A DNA stretch of 64,000 nucleotides from Lama guanicoe (lineage: Eukaryota), in contig MU054187.1 in assembly GCA_013239625.1 (NCBI GenBank), forward strand, positions 14,354,974 to 14,418,973, in the 5' to 3' direction. The notes beneath the pieces were generated by a model that was given only the letters and a program-made list of their open reading frames with translations, ran no database searches and was not told the origin of the DNA. Of this stretch, positions 1 through 14,200 are shown piece by piece; the stretch's first letter is position 1, and the number at the start of each line of letters is the position of its first letter. The position numbers and the translations under genes were made by a program.

Positions 1-183
1 AACATACAGGCAATTATCACAGCTAACAAAATTAACAATAAATCCTTTCTATCTTATAAATACCCAAGCAATGTTAAAATCCCCCTGATTGTCTCAATGA
101 TGTCTTTTAAAATTGGTTTTCAAATCTATATCTCAACAGTTTACAACTTGTATTCGATTGATCTTTTAAGACCTAGGAGTCCC

Positions 184-660
184 GCGGTAGGCAGAATAAT
201 GCCTCCCAAGGTGCCTCCGTCCCAGTCCCGGAGATCCGTGAGTGCTCCTTTATAAGGGATTTTGCAGACAGAACAAGCTGAGGGCCTGGAGATGGGACAA
301 TTAGCTCACATTATGACGTGAGTCCATTCTGATCCAGTGAGTCCTCAAAATTAGGGAACCTCTCTCAGCTCTGGTCAGAGAGAGACATGATGATGAAAGA
401 GGTCAGAGGGATGTAGCAGTTCTGGCTTTGAATGTGGAGGAGGGGGCCAGGAACTAAGGACTGTGGGAGCCTTACAGAAGCTGGAAAAGACAAGGAAACA
501 GATTCTCCCTCCAGAGAGGAACACAGCCCTGGCCACACCTGGATTTCAGCCCCGTGAGGTCTGAGATCATGGCTGACTTCTCACGACAGAGCTGGCAGAT
601 AATACACTTGAGTTGTTTTCATCCCCCATTCTTTTAATGGGGCACTGAAAATCACACCAA
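184..660 (+). mobile_element. MaLR solo LTR, MLT1D-like
   Basis: Starts GCGGTAGGCAGAATAATGCCTCCCAA and contains AGAAGCTGGAAAAGACAAGGAAACAGATTCTCCCTCCAGAG...ACACAGCCCTGGCCACACCTGGATTTCAGCCC, recalled MLT1D hallmarks. The 3' end is approximate. Confidence 0.8.
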
Positions 661-1769
661 GGTGTAAGCTCTGACACCAGGTTCTTTCCTGAAACCAGGC
701 TGGCCTTGGGCTGGAGGAGATATGAGGGCCTGCCTGAGACATCCAGGAAAGGGGAGGCAGGGGCCTGAGAAGTGGGGCCGGCCGAGCTTGTGGCCCTGCT
801 GCCGCCGCTGCTGGTTCCTTGCGACCACATCAGGCAAGAACGGAAGAGATTCCCACACCCCTCCCAGCGGGCTTCACCCTAAGATCAAGTCACCAAGATC
901 ATGCCACCGAAATTCTTCAAAGATCCTTCCTCTGCCCTCAGGCGCCCCCACACCACTCTCCCTTCCCTCCCTTCCTTCTGTGCCAGCCTCCTTTCCGAGC
1001 CTCGATGGTAGTGAGCTCTCTCCTGCCTCAGGACTCACACTGGCCAGTTCCTCCAGCCACCCCTCCTCAGGACCCGCTGCTTGTCAGCCTTCAGGTCTCA
1101 GATCCAGGAGGGGCTTCCTCTGGCCGCCCCATCTCAATTCTCTCTCCCCTCAAACAAATCATATAACATTTTCATTAGCCTCCTAACCATTGTCACCATC
1201 TGGGATTATGTCCTAGAGAGAGGGGCTTGGTCTGTCTGATTCATGACCAGGTACCATCATCCATTCATCCATTCAACAAAGATGCAGGGAGAACCGGGCA
1301 TCACCCTGGGCACCAGGAAAAACTAAGATCCACATACCCGGACCCTGCCTGTTCGTGGCATGTCTTCCAGCAGGAAGGAAAGCAGGTGACCACACCAGAC
1401 TAAAGGACGACCCCCGAGAGAGCACCCACAGCAGTATTGCTGGGAACTGAGGAGGGGCGGAGCCGCTGGGCTTGTCTGGAAAGGGGATGAGCGGCGACTC
1501 CGGCAGGGCTCGGAGCAGGCAGCACTGGCCTCCACAGGGGGACCATTTAGGTAGGTGGGGCCAAGGTGTGGAGCTGGGTTCATTCAGGATGCCTGTCAAG
1601 GCTGGAGTCTCACTGGACTAACCAGAACCTAAATAAGAGTATGTTCACCAGCAACTTCCTATGCTTTCCTAATATTAAAGGGCGACAGCTCCTGTGGTTT
1701 CCAGCACCTCCAGTCCTCTCGCTTTTCACCTTCTGTCACCAGGCACCTCTTTTCAGTGTCCTCTTCTGC

Positions 1770-2922
1770 TGGCTTTCCTTTGTCCTGACATTTAAGTCCA
1801 TCCTTGGGCCTCTTCTCTGCTCTGTCAATATTCTCTCCTTAAATGACTTCATTGAGGCCCATGGCTTAACTGCCTTATAAATACTGGTGGCCTCAAACTC
1901 CTACCTGCAGCCTAGCTAGCTGTCTGCCCTACAGTTCACACGCACAACTGCCGGGTGGGTTTCTCCACTGAGGAGTCCAAAAAGCACTTCCACCCTGCCC
2001 AGACCCAAACTCTAGATCATCATCCCCAGACACCTCCTCTCCCGGGAAATGGAATCCCCCCTCAACCAGTGGCTCAGGCAACAAATCCTAGGAACCAACC
2101 TCACTCGCTTCCTTCCCCTCTCACCTCCCACATCTGACTCAATACCGAGTTCTATTGGTTCATCTTTGAAATGCACCCAGGATCTCGGGACCTCTCACCA
2201 CCTGCTCTGCCCCATCCTCACCTAAGCCACCGTCATCTTTCAGCAAGACTCACGATGTAGCTTCCTAACTCATCTCCGTGTCTATTTCTGCCCACCTGAA
2301 GCCTGTCCTTTGAACAGATCTGGAAAGATAGATGCAAAATGTAAGTGAGAACAAGTCACAACCCTGCTCAAAACCCTCCAGGGACTTCTCGGTGCTCTCA
2401 GAACAAAACTCTGATTTCTGACGTGGGCCCCAAAGTTCTCCAGGACCTTCCCCAACCACAGCTCCAGTCACCATCAGCCTCATCACCTCACACTTGCACA
2501 TCACAGAGCTCCGGCCACACCAGCCTCTTTGCTCTTCATGGAGTGCCCTGAGTTCATTCCCCCTGGAAGGGTTCCCATGGGGCTCTTCTCCCAGGTCTCC
2601 TCCAGGCTGCCTCCCTCCCTTCAGCCAGTTCTCTGCTCAGTTATCACCCGTGGTGACCAGTGGACCTATAGGAACCACACACCCCACTCCTAGCCTGGTG
2701 TTCTCTCATCTCCTCACACTGCCTCATTTTGGGTGCTTATTGCCCCTAAAATTTTATTACATATTTAACCATTTCCTTGTTTATTGTCCACGTCCCCAGT
2801 AGAATGTAAGTTTCATGAGGGCAGAGATTCGTCTGTTTCATTCATTGCTAAATATTCAGCCCTTAGAATAATAGACACTCAATAAAAGCTTATTAGTTGA
2901 ATGACTGAAAGAATGAATGAAT
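1770..2922 (+). mobile_element. L2 LINE 3' fragment
   Basis: Pyrimidine-rich L2 body (GTCCATCCTTGGGCCTCTTCTCT...; CTGCTCAAAACCCTCCAG) ending in a typical L2 tail: AGAATGTAAGTTTCATGAGGGCAGAGA...CACTCAATAAAAGC...TGAATGACTGAAAGAATGAATGAA. Confidence 0.75.
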
Positions 2923-4589
2923 GGTTAAAAACAGTGACCATGTTCAAAAATATCTAGCCCCTCCATATACACAGCATAGTTTTATTAATTCTCAGAAGTT
3001 CCCTGTGGAAATTAGGGAGTAGATCATTTCCCGCATTTATTGAAACCCAGAAGTAACCATTCATTTGACGTTAAAGACTGGTTATTCAGCTGAAGGAAGT
3101 AACTGCTAAATGTTGGTCTTTCAAATGAAGAGAATGAAGTATCATGATAGGTCTCCAGTGTGGGTGTTCTCATATGTTGTAAACTTATTTTATGCCAATT
3201 ACATTATTGCAACTTTGGAAGAAACGTTACTGGAATTAACTATATATTTTTTTAAAGATAGTCTTCATTTTTTAAAACTGAGAGAAATGCCGTCACTGTA
3301 AAGTTCAAGAAGTAAACTGTATCTTCTTTTTCTAGGTACCACTGATGGAAAAGCACATCACTAATAATATCACATGCGGTTTGGTAATTTTTAGAAGCTC
3401 CATTAAAGGTAATTCTTTAAAGTTTATAATTAAATAATCATCTCAAAGGAAAAACTGGGATCCTGTTTTCCTAAAAACATCTCCATTAAGACAATATAAT
3501 CAAGCAAAGAGATTTACTTTGCGTTTAAATAATTACGAACACAAATGGTCCCCTTCCTCTACCTCCACACCCAAATGAGAAGTAATTTAGTATACTTTTG
3601 GGGATATGGTTTAGGTCTGCCAAACACTTAAGTAGAAAATTCTCCTAAGTTGTTTCAAGAAAATGGTAGTACTCTAAGAGGGCTGACATTCTAATATAGC
3701 CAAACACAGTGTTTTTTCTAATTGTTTGGCTGCAGATGAAGATGTAAGGTTATAAGTATAAGAATTTATGAGATGATCAGTGATGGAACCTAATCCGTCT
3801 TAAGCTGTGAGCATGACAACTGGCAGTTCCCAGTGTGTATTAAGAGACAGAGATTTTTTTTTTTTGCCTGAGGGTACATTCCCTTTCCAAAGCAGAATAT
3901 TTTTCTTCTTTTGCTTTCTAAACAGATCATGTTAAGGTCCCTTCTTAATGGCTAATCTTTTAAGGAGGCAAGATAGATTGGAGAGAAAATACACGATAGA
4001 TTTATAAATTTGGGGCAAAATGTAACATGAGGCATTCCAATATGCAATTTCAAATCAAAACCTTAACTTGGGCAAGGGACTTTATATCAACCAACAGCAT
4101 TCTTTAGAAATGCCTGGCATTCAACTGGATAGAATTATATATTGAAATAGATTGTAGACATGTTGTGAATGTCTTCCCTCTAGCATCTGGTAGTATTAAA
4201 GCCCAGGAGAAAGAGTGGGTCACCGTGCCAGAATTTAAAAGCTGCCTTTTGGATAAATATGTGGAAAGGAGAGGAATTAAGTTATCAAAAGATTAGAAGA
4301 ATTTGCTGAAAAGACTGAGGGTGCTAAAAGCCATAACTATTTGGAATCTGATAGCATGCAACTTTGGTGCTTTGTATCGCTAGTGTTGTTAGACAGATGA
4401 GGGTAAAAGTGAGCTTTCAAAAGAGGAAAAATAATGAATGAGTACAAGCATAAAAAGCAACAAGGCAATGCCCGATCTGTAAAAGTAAGTAGTACTTACA
4501 GTATTTGAGATACAATGTGGGGTAAGACCCAAGGGAAATCAGGCACCTTCTCCGTGATGCCTCCTCTGTATTTGGAAGAGAGTAGTGAC

Positions 4590-4950
4590 TGGTGAGTTCT
4601 GTTAGTCAAGGTAAACTAACTGCTAAAAAATCACCCCCAGAAACTCAATGCTCATGGAAAGACCAGTCGGGTGTTCCCAGGCAGTGGACCCTGGTCAATC
4701 AAGGTCCCAGACCCCTTCCATCTTGTGACTCTCCCTTCCTTGAGGCTTGCATTATGGTCCTCTCGATTCAGCCAGCCAGTGGCAGAGAAAATAGAATAGA
4801 AGATAGTACATAGGAGGATTTTATGAAAAAGGACTCAAAACTCTCATGCTCCATTGGCCAGAACCTAGTGACATGACCTAACTCCATACCTAACTCCAAC
4901 CCTAGGTTGGGTAACTAAGTCTGGCTGTGAGCTGAGGAAAAGAGGAAGCA
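4590..4950 (-). mobile_element. Old degenerate MaLR LTR (MLT1K/L-like) fragment
   Basis: GTTAGTCAAGGTAAACTAACTGCT...CCTTCCATCTTGTGACTCT...CCATTGGCCAGAACCTAGTGACATGACC resembles old MLT1 LTRs in reverse orientation. Confidence 0.45.
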
Positions 4951-5639
4951 AATATGGTGAATAATTAGTCTCAATTAGTCCTCACAAGTGGCACCATATT
5001 ATTGCATTCGTTTGCTGAGGTCTCTGCATGCCTATCTCCTCATGCTAAAATTGAGCAGAGTTGGGTCTTATTTGTTTTGTAGCTCCAGCGCCAACACTGG
5101 CATGGAATTAACGCTCAATTTGTAGTCAGGAGACATGGGCTGCTTGGTTCACAAAGTCCAGCAGAGCGACCTGGAGATGTTAAGGTTGGTTGTCTGTGCT
5201 CAAATATTGCCAAGAAATGCCTAGATTTTTCTTCCTTCTTCAAGATGGCTTCTCTGTGATGATATTTTCAGAGGGCAAAGGGACCACATGCTAACAGTAG
5301 TGAGGGGCATCTACTTTGTTAGTTCTCATTGTGTCTTCATGCAAGAAGCCTTCACAGAGTCCCCCTACCCTTTGCCTCTTAGGAGGCACTTCAGTGAGGG
5401 ATGGAGAGTTTGGGTTCCTGGAAGACAAAGGATGGGGTGGAGGGTTTGTAATGAACCCAAAACTTGGGAATGAAAACGGACCAAAATCTTTATCAAGGAT
5501 AAAACAGACTTCCTTATCAACTGCAAAAGAAGTCAGAAGTTATAGATGAATAAGTAGGACTACAGAACTTTATAAAAATCTAGAACCTTATTCTGTCTCC
5601 AATGGTTTCACACCAAGTGGTAACAGCTGCTGTGTGACA

Positions 5640-6665
5640 GACAGAGGGCTGGGATCTAGAATATATAAAGTAAGAAACAGAAGTTTTAAAACCCCCAAAC
5701 TCCCACAAAACCCCAAACAGTTCAACTAGAAGATGGGCAAAGGACACGAAGAGACGTTTCACCAAAGAGTATTTACAAATGGCAAATAAACACACGAAAA
5801 GATGTTCAACATTACTAGCCATTAAGACTACAATATCATCACAAACCTATTAAAACAACAGCAGTGACTACACCAAACGATGGAGAAGATTCAGAGAAAC
5901 TGGATCTCTTATACATTTGTGACGGGACTATAAAATGGGTGGGTCAGCCACTCTGGAAAATAGATTTCCAGTTTTATAAAAAAAAAACAAACCAAAATAT
6001 AAACTTACTATACAACACAGCAATCATATTTTTGCACACTTATTCCAGAGAAATGAAAATTTATGTCCACACAAAAACCTGTACACAAATGCTCACAGCA
6101 GTTTTATCTGTAATAATCAGAACCAGGAAACAACCAAAAATATCCCACCAAAGAAGAAACTGTGGTATATCCATACCAGGGAATACTACTCAGCAATACA
6201 TAGGAACGAATACAATGACTTGGATGGATCTCCAGGGCATTGGCTGAGTGAAAAAAGCCGATCCCAAATGGTCAGGTACTATTATGATCCTATTTATATA
6301 ACATTCTCTAAATGACAGAAGTATAGAGATGGAGAACAAATTAGTGGTTGCCAAGAGGTAGTGATGGGGGTGCAAGGAGGAGTGGGTAAAGGGTGAGACC
6401 ATAAAGAGATAGCACCAGAGAGATCTTTGTGGTGATGGAAGAGTTGTGTATCTTAATTGCGGTGGTGGTTACACGAATCTATGTATGTGATAAACTGGCC
6501 ATAGACCTGCAATACACACATGCTACCAGTGTCAATATCTTGCTTTGGATATCGTACTATAGGTAAATAAAATGGAATCACTGGGGGAAGCAGAGTATAC
6601 AGGACCTTTCTGTACTATCTTCACAACATCCTGTGACTCTATAATTATTTTAAAATTAAAATTAA
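5640..6665 (+). mobile_element. L1M (L1MC/L1MD-like) 3' end with degenerate ORF2 C-terminus and 3' UTR
   Basis: The ORF at 5864..6247 gives decayed ORF2 motifs (QPLWK, REMKIYVHTKTCTQM, TWMDLQGI), followed by an L1M-type 3' UTR and A-rich end. Confidence 0.85.
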
Positions 6666-6989
6666 AGACAGAATTAGGACCATGCTTTTTATAAAATTAG
6701 CACTTTTAATTTAAAAATGAGTTAACTTTGAAAAATACTTCATTGTTAAGGAAAAGTCCTCCATATTGTCTTACCGTTCAAGCAACTCAGCTCACATCCT
6801 AGAAATAACTGCTTTTAACAGTTTAGCATGCATATTCCAGATATTTTGGGTTTTTTTATATACAAATGTGAACTCTGTTTTTTTCCTCAAATGGAATCAC
6901 AATGTTGCTACTTCTGCAGCTTGTTGTTTTTTTTTTTTTTCCAGGTCAGGATAGGACACTTTGGACATTTTTTCATGCCACCAAAAATA

Positions 6990-7210
6990 GCCCTCTCATT
7001 ATTTTTTATTAGCTGCACAGAATTTTCCTGTATGGTTGTACCATTTATTCAATCAGTCCCCTACTAATAGGCATTTTGATTGTTTCTAGCTCTTACAAAT
7101 AATGCTGCAATGGATAGTCTTGTACCTCAATTTTGTGCAAATACATCTCTGAGATAAATTTAAATATCTGGTATTATCAAATTGCTTTCTGAAGAAGTTG
7201 CAACAAATTG
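6990..7210 (-). mobile_element. Old L1ME-like fragment
   Basis: TTGTACCATTTATTCAATCAGTCCCCTACTAATAGGCATTTTGATTGTTTCTAG...ACAAATAATGCTGCAATG is an antisense L1 ORF2-end motif. Confidence 0.65.
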
Positions 7211-7245
7211 TGCATAAGAGCTGCTTTACAGAGAACAGAAAGTCA

Positions 7246-7256
7246 TGCTGAGTCAC
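7246..7256 (-). promoter_or_regulatory. Perfect ARE/NF-E2 (CNC-sMAF) motif, reverse complement GTGACTCAGCA
   Basis: TGCTGAGTCAC read directly. Motif match only; function unknown. Confidence 0.35.
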
Positions 7257-9883
7257 CAGGGTGACTGGAGGGTGACCACAGGAGCTGCCCCCTCCGTTTG
7301 AGGAGAAACCACATCTATTGAAAGTTAGCATCATGTTAGGGTTTTCTCCCACCTCCAGGTGGCTAGTTGACACTTATCTCCGTTTAGAAATGGAGCGAGA
7401 GGGTGTAGGACTGGTCTTCCTTCTCAAGGCCGTCTGTGGCATTTCCATGAGCTGGTGAGGGAATCCAGTGCTGGGATTTTCAGCCAACACCACCCAACTT
7501 CTCTTCAACAAGATAAATATTAAAAAATCAATCCCTTGTTTAAAATTGTCGGACCTCTCAGAGAACTTTCCAGTTAATAGTGGCTTCAGGATTTAGAGGA
7601 ATGCATTTAAGGAATTCATTTACGACGTTAAAATCCTTCTTTTAATGAAGGCAATGCTCATGGAACACTATGACCATCATAAAAACCAGTGAAAACATCA
7701 TTTTCCCATGATGGCTTTACGTAATCACCCACTCCTTCTCCCAGGAGCCTCTCCCGGCTCCTCATGGTCAGCAGAACAGAGTTGAATGTGGCAACATGGC
7801 TCCCAGTGACTTCACCACAACTCACAGTTTTAATTTCTGCTACTCCCCTCCTCCCACTTATTTCCTTTTTTGTAGTTTCAACTTGCTTGTTTACCTACGT
7901 GCATAATGCTCTTTCTTACCTCTGCCTTTCTCCTTCTGCTGTCTCTGCTTGGAACCAAACGGGCTCCCCACCTGTCATAGCCTCCTGGCTTTTACTTGCA
8001 GGTCTAACGTGGACATCTTTCCTCTAGGAAACTGGCTATAGGCTTTCCCCTGGACTAGATGTCTGTTCTGTGTAGACACCCAACACTTTCTCCCTAATAC
8101 TAAAATTACCTATTTGTCTTCCCTGGTAGACTAGGAGCTCCTCAAAACTGCAGGCCATGTCTTCTCACTCATGTGTTTGCCCCCAGCACTAGCAGAGCCG
8201 GAGCAAAGGTTAGTGTGTGTCTGAGCGGCTCCACTAAATCAGCCCCACAACGCCCAGGAGTCTGACTTGACTTGAGTAACTAAGGATTCCTTCTCTCTTC
8301 CCTCAACCTGTGTTTGTGTGAACACCGAGCGTGGGCTAACTTTTGGCTAAGGGCAGTAGATGTCAAAAATCTGGAATCCCTGGCCTGTCTACCCCGCTTA
8401 CAGCATGAGGGATATTAGAAATACCATTTTTATTGGTAAAATAAGTGGTACTCAGGATACATGGCTGGTTTAAAATTATATGGGACCACCTCCTTTGTGT
8501 TACTGAAGGATAAGGATTGGCCAGACCAGCAATCTGATTCCTTCTTGGTAGCCCTTGAGGTTTCAAAGAACTCCATCATCCTGGGCCACCTACCTGCTTG
8601 GGCAATGTGCTCACCTGACCCACCTATAGGGTTGGCAGGTCTTACTGATGGGACATTGATGCATCTGCTCTGTTCTGAACCTGCTGTAGCACCTGAGTCC
8701 AGAGATAGGTTTCCCTGCATTTATAAGAACAGGTTGGATAAAAATGTTTGCACCTCTTTATTAAAAAAAAAATTGCGTTTGGGAGAACTTGGTCTAATAA
8801 TGGCTTTTATTTTAACACACCACAGGACGGCATGGTTAAACAAGACAGAGCAACCATAGCTTCTCCCATCCGGTTGCCAGAAGTGACTGATATTGACCAA
8901 AGGATCTTCGGTCAACAATCGTCCCTCCAAGAAGCACGTGCCAGGCTGGGTTTGGGGAATTTCGGGCTCTCTCAGCCACTGCCTCCCTCTTCGTTACTCC
9001 CACCACGGACCACCCCCAACACAATTCCAGTTTAACTTGACATTAGACTAGCCCAGTTGCTGAGTGTGGAACTTTCCCAAGAAGGACCCTGGGCAAAACT
9101 CTAAAACGAACCTGCTGGGAACTTCGCACACTCCCAGTTGCAGGTATCACTGAGTTCAAGCTAGAGAAAGCAAAGGTTGGCAAAATTATCTTGGCTGACA
9201 AGAATCCATGGATCAGGGATCATTTTGGGAAGGCTCATCTGGAGAAAAAAAAAATCCCTTATGATTTTTTGGTTGTTTAACATTTGCAAACAGGAGATAC
9301 AGGTCTTAGAAGGGTTGAGAAACACTGGCCTGGATGTGCGCCCATAGTTTTCTCAGGAACTTGTATCTCAAGGAGGTCATGGACTCTTCTAAGCTCACAG
9401 AGCTGGTAAACGGCCCGCCCTGACCTTGAACCCAGACTATCTGTTGCCCCTGTTGGAGTGGGACAGACTGACAACAATTTGGCTGGAGGGATGGCTACAT
9501 ATACTTGTTCATTGGATACTTATGGCGAGATGAGTGCCAGGCCCTGGGCCAAGTGCTGTGCCGGGCTCTGGGAATGCAGAGCTGGAGAGCCAAGCCTGCC
9601 CTGAGGTGCCCTGGGTGAACGGGAGCAGGAAACACATGTGATGAGCAGAACAGGGTGCGCCGACAACATGTTGGAGGCAGGGAGGACTTCTTGGGTGAGA
9701 TGCAGCCCCAGCTTTTGTAAAGAACAAGCAGGTGTGGGAGAAAGGCACTGGGGACTGGGCCCATGTGGCAGAGGCACAGGGGTGAGAAGGAAGTGCCTGT
9801 GTGCTCAGGGTCAGCGAGGCACCAGTGTTCTGGAACAGTGAGGGGAAGCCGGGCCATCCTCATGGGAAGCTCAAGAGTGAGGC

Positions 9884-10278
9884 TGTATTAGTCTTCTGGG
9901 GCTGCGTAACAAAACACCATGGATTGGGCAATCAGGTGCCTTAAACCATAGAAATGGACTCTCACAGCTCTGGAGGCTGGAAGTCTGAGATCAAGGTGTC
10001 AGCGGGGTTGGTTTCTCTTAAAGTCCTTCCCCTTGACTTGCTGGTGGCCGCCTTCTTGCTATATCTTTGCATGTCGTTCTCTGTGCACGCATCCCTGGTG
10101 TCTCTGTGTCCTAGTCGCCTCTTCTTAGGCAGCAGTCCAACTGGATTAGCCCCCATGCTAACAGCCTCATTTTAACTTAATCACTTCTTTAAAGGCCCTG
10201 TCTCTAAATACAGTCCCAGTCTCGGGGTCAGGGCTTCAACACATGCATTTTGAGGGGGAAACATTTCAGCCCGTAACA
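9884..10278 (-). mobile_element. MaLR solo LTR, MLT1B/C-like
   Basis: TGTATTAGTC...GCTGCGTAACAAAACACCA...CTCACAGCTCTGGAGGCTGGAAGTCTGAGATCAAGGTGTCAGC...TTTCAGCCCGTAACA, with TG...CA ends. Confidence 0.85.
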
Positions 10279-10856
10279 AGGGCCTTTCTGTCATTTCAAA
10301 GAGCAGGGATTCTAGCCACGCATGAAAGTCTAGCAGACTTTCACCAGGACAGTGGTACACTCAGATCTGCGTCTTCGAAGGGGCCGTACGCCCGCAGCTG
10401 GACAGTGGTGGAGGCAAGGAGACCAGCCAGAAGGCGAGCAGAGTGGACGGAGCCTTTTCTTTTCCTGACTTGATCTTTCTCCAGCTCTTCCACCACTGAC
10501 AGCCCTCGTGGTCACACCGCTTTCACAGGGCACCCACCTCCACTCTCTCTGGGCCCAGGACAGACTTGTTTGGGTGCAGAGAGGCCTTTCCCGGGCGTCC
10601 CCTCACTGCCCACGGCATGAAGAGGTGTGCTGCTGGGTCCCTGCTCGGACCTGGCAGCTTGGCCTCTTCTGCCAGCACCGGACAAAGCAGCATCTCCCCA
10701 GCGGGGCTGCAGGGAGGGCCTGAGGTGGGCAGAGGCCAAAACACCCACCAAGTCACTCCGTGAAAAACAAGGGCCAAAGAATGGGCCGAGACCAGGGGCT
10801 GAGCAGGAAACAATCCCCTGGCCACAGCCGCTGCTTAAACAGTATGCTCACCAAGC

Positions 10857-11229
10857 CAGGGGGTTACCTGTGGGCCCATGGGTTTAGGGGCTCTAGGAAT
10901 TTAGACAGGGAAGAGCTAGCATGATGTTGTGTGTATTTCTGACTTAGCACTTCTTCAGGCAAACTATTAGAAACATTGGAATTATGTTAGAACTATAGTT
11001 GACAGACCAGCTGCTAATCTTGTTAGTCACTATGCAAATAATTTACTGCCATGGCACAAATTTATTCTTTTGATAATTGAATATCTTGGTAAGAGATTTC
11101 AATATAATTTTTAAAAATCTTATGTATTTTTATTTTATGTGGGTTAATAATATTCTTCTGTGAAAAGGCCCATAGGTTTCACCAGATTGCCAAAGGGGTC
11201 CATGGCTCAAATAAGGTTACAAACCCCTG
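10857..11229. mobile_element. hAT-Charlie non-autonomous DNA transposon (Charlie4-like)
   Basis: Terminal inverted repeats CAGGGG(G)TT ... AACCCCTG. The end reads GCCAAAGGGGTCCATGGCTCAAATAAGGTTACAAACCCCTG. Confidence 0.6.
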
Positions 11230-14200
11230 CAGAGCGAAGGCCACGGATGACATGGAGTAGGGGTCCAAAGAGAGGAAACTAAATGCCCATTTTTACCCTC
11301 TAATCATCGGGCAGCTGGGGGCCAGGACTTCAGAGAATTCAAACTGCTCCTGAGCCACTCGAAAATTCAGGGCTTCAAAATGTAATCCAAAGACAAGAAA
11401 GGTATTTGTATTCCTCTGATGACAGCCGTTCTTAGATTTTCATTATCCTTTTGCACACAAGACACAAGTCTGAAAACGCAAAGCCCGTTTGTAAAATGCT
11501 GATCATCGCCAGGACCCCTCTGCCTTCAGTCTTGGATGTGTTTATTTAAAACCGACCAGTGTATGCCAAACCCAGGGAAGGCTAGGGAGTGAGGGGTTTT
11601 GCTAAAATCACACCAGAAAGTGTGTGTTCTGTTTTTACTCCAAGTGACTAGAGGCTTCTATTGTTCTGTATCAAGACACCGTGGGGTGTGGTGGCCTGGG
11701 GACCCTATTGCCAGCCGTATGGGGGACGTGAGGCAAGAAGGTGATGGCATGTCAGTTACCGATCACACGCTTGCTCCTCTGAAACATCTGTGTATTACAC
11801 ATCCGAAGGCCAGCATGCAGGATGTGCAGACCAGGCCCAGGAGGAACTGTCCGTGAAACACCAAAAGGCCCAGCAGTCCGCGTGCTGATCCCAGATGCTG
11901 GGGAGCCAAGCATGCAGTTGGCGGGCATCTTGCTGCATTTCTCTCCCAAAGCAACTGGATAAGTGGAACAACCCTTGAACAATCCTTGAATCTCCTCCCC
12001 AGCAGCTCTTTCCTAATTCTGGCTTTCTGCTTTTGAGATGTCGTCTGTGTTCATCCCACTTGAACCTGCAGCCGTCAGCCCCTTTAATAGGGGTGTCTAT
12101 AAAGAGCTGCCCTAAAATATGCTTTTCCAGCGCACTTAATGTCTTCCNNNNNNNNNNNNNNNNNNNNNNNNNNNNNNNNNNNNNNNNNNNNNNNNNNNNN
12201 NNNNNNNNNNNNNNNNNNNNNNNNNNNNNNNNNNNNNNNNNNNNNNNNNNNNNNNNNNNNNNNNNNNNNNNNNNNNNNNNNNNNNNNNNNNNNNNAAGAC
12301 AGATGTGTAAACTCTGATTCAAAAAAATATGTTAAGAGAGAGAAAACGCTCTTCTAACATAGTGCCTACAAACAGGGCTGGTGGCTTGAAGCGGGTTGGT
12401 GGAACTCCCCCTCCCACACGCACAGCTAGATCAAAGGAGGTGATTGAAAAGGCTTTGCTAGAAAACAGACCAACTCAGCGATGCTTCCTGGTCTTCTTAA
12501 TTGCTCTTCTCAGGGAGAGGAAGGTGGGCACTCCTGACAGACCTTTGCTGGAAGAGAACAAGGGCTGTTTGTGCAGCTGAGGGTTTGGCTTTTATTTTTT
12601 TAATTATCAGGTTTTGTACACTTTCCAGAAAGTTCCTTTTAAAAATAGTATATTCTTCCTCCTCTTCTCCAGATGCGAGGAAGTGCAGGTTCAACCCAAA
12701 CCGTGTCTATTTCAAAGCGACACAAAAACCCAGGGCTGGAGTTCAAGGAGTCTGGTGGCATGCTGCCCAAGGACTAAAGGCTTGGGTTTTCTCTTACCCT
12801 CCTGGTAATTTTGTTTTTCAAGCTTAGAAAACAAATTCCACTGGAGGATGGGCTTCTGCAGGAGGCAGCGTGGAGAAGGGCAGCGTGGGCGGTGGAAGCG
12901 AGGAGCTGGGTGCGGGGAATGAGCCCAGACCGGGGTCAAGGTGGTCGCTCTGACCGACAGGTGCGCAGTGGACAAACAGCTCCCTGCCGCGTCCAGAAGG
13001 CTCGCTGTCTAGAGTGTCGGGGTCACAGTAGAGACGTGTGGTTTTCTTCCCCTCAAGAGCCTCTCTGATTATCCATCGCTTCTCTCATCCCTCTCCAGCC
13101 CCATCGTGGCAGCGGCTCCACGACAAAGGACACAGTGGTCGAGACACTTGCTGTGGGCAGCTCACAAGAGCCCCTGGCCGGGCTTGGCCAGGGTCCTAAG
13201 GAGCCCTTGGCCCCCTCAGCTGAGTCTTTTCACATTTTCCTGCCATGCCTCCCACGGAAAGCCCTGATGAGAGTGCATTTCATTGACAATTTTATGACCC
13301 CGACCATTTCCTCCTGTAACAGTATCTTTAAAATGGCTCCTTGTCTTCAGGTGGGTGAGAGCAGGACTGAGCTGTCTTTCTACTTCCTGCTGCTCAAACG
13401 TCTCAGCCCGAACAATGGGACTGAATAGCAGAAAGTGAGTTCTGGATCACAGAACTGCACACAGAACTCTGACCGCTTTTATTTTCCATCTTGAGATAAA
13501 AGCCAGAACATGTTTTTTAAATTGCTGTTTTACATCTTTTAGTTGGGTATTACTTTCCTGAGAGAATTCTAAGTATTGAAAAGATATCTTCAAAGATAGA
13601 CAACTTCAACTGGAAAGAAATTAATGCAAATTACAGTGTATCCTGGTGACATGCTAATTTATAGCACCGTAAAGGTACAGTTCAGAGCGCGAATGAGCCA
13701 GAAGGAAGTTGGTGGATTGATGGTTGGCAGTAAGAAAGGTTTAGAAACAGTAAAATGTAACCAGGATTTTAGTTTGGAAAGGAGCTAAAGCGTCCATTTG
13801 TTCGAAGGTACTGAGTTTTTAATTTAAATCTGCTGTTAAAACTTAAGGCGCTTTGTATTGGTGGTTAGTAAATGACTATAAGCTGGTGTCTTTAAGGAAA
13901 AACCGCAAAAGAGCAGGAAAAATTCTCAAAGAGAAGACTCACAGCTGCAGGTTTCTCAGCAAAAGGGTAATCGCTGTATGTCACCTTTAAAATGAAATTA
14001 CAAAGCAGAAAAGTTCAAAAAAAATACATCTGTTTTTTGGGGGGATTAAGCAATTATTGTAAAAGGGAAAACACATTTCCATAGAGGCAAAATTCACCTG
14101 TAATAGCATATAAAATATTGTGTATTCATGAACCATTGCTGGCAATTATTTATCCCAAACATTTGAACCAGAGCAAGAATGTAAAAGCTGTTACTCGGTA

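Noticed and set aside
8885-8923. Imperfect palindrome around TTGACC...GGTCAA; short hairpins at 34772-34812, 48421-48441 and 55504-55526
   Set aside because: Stems are short or AT-rich and expected by chance.
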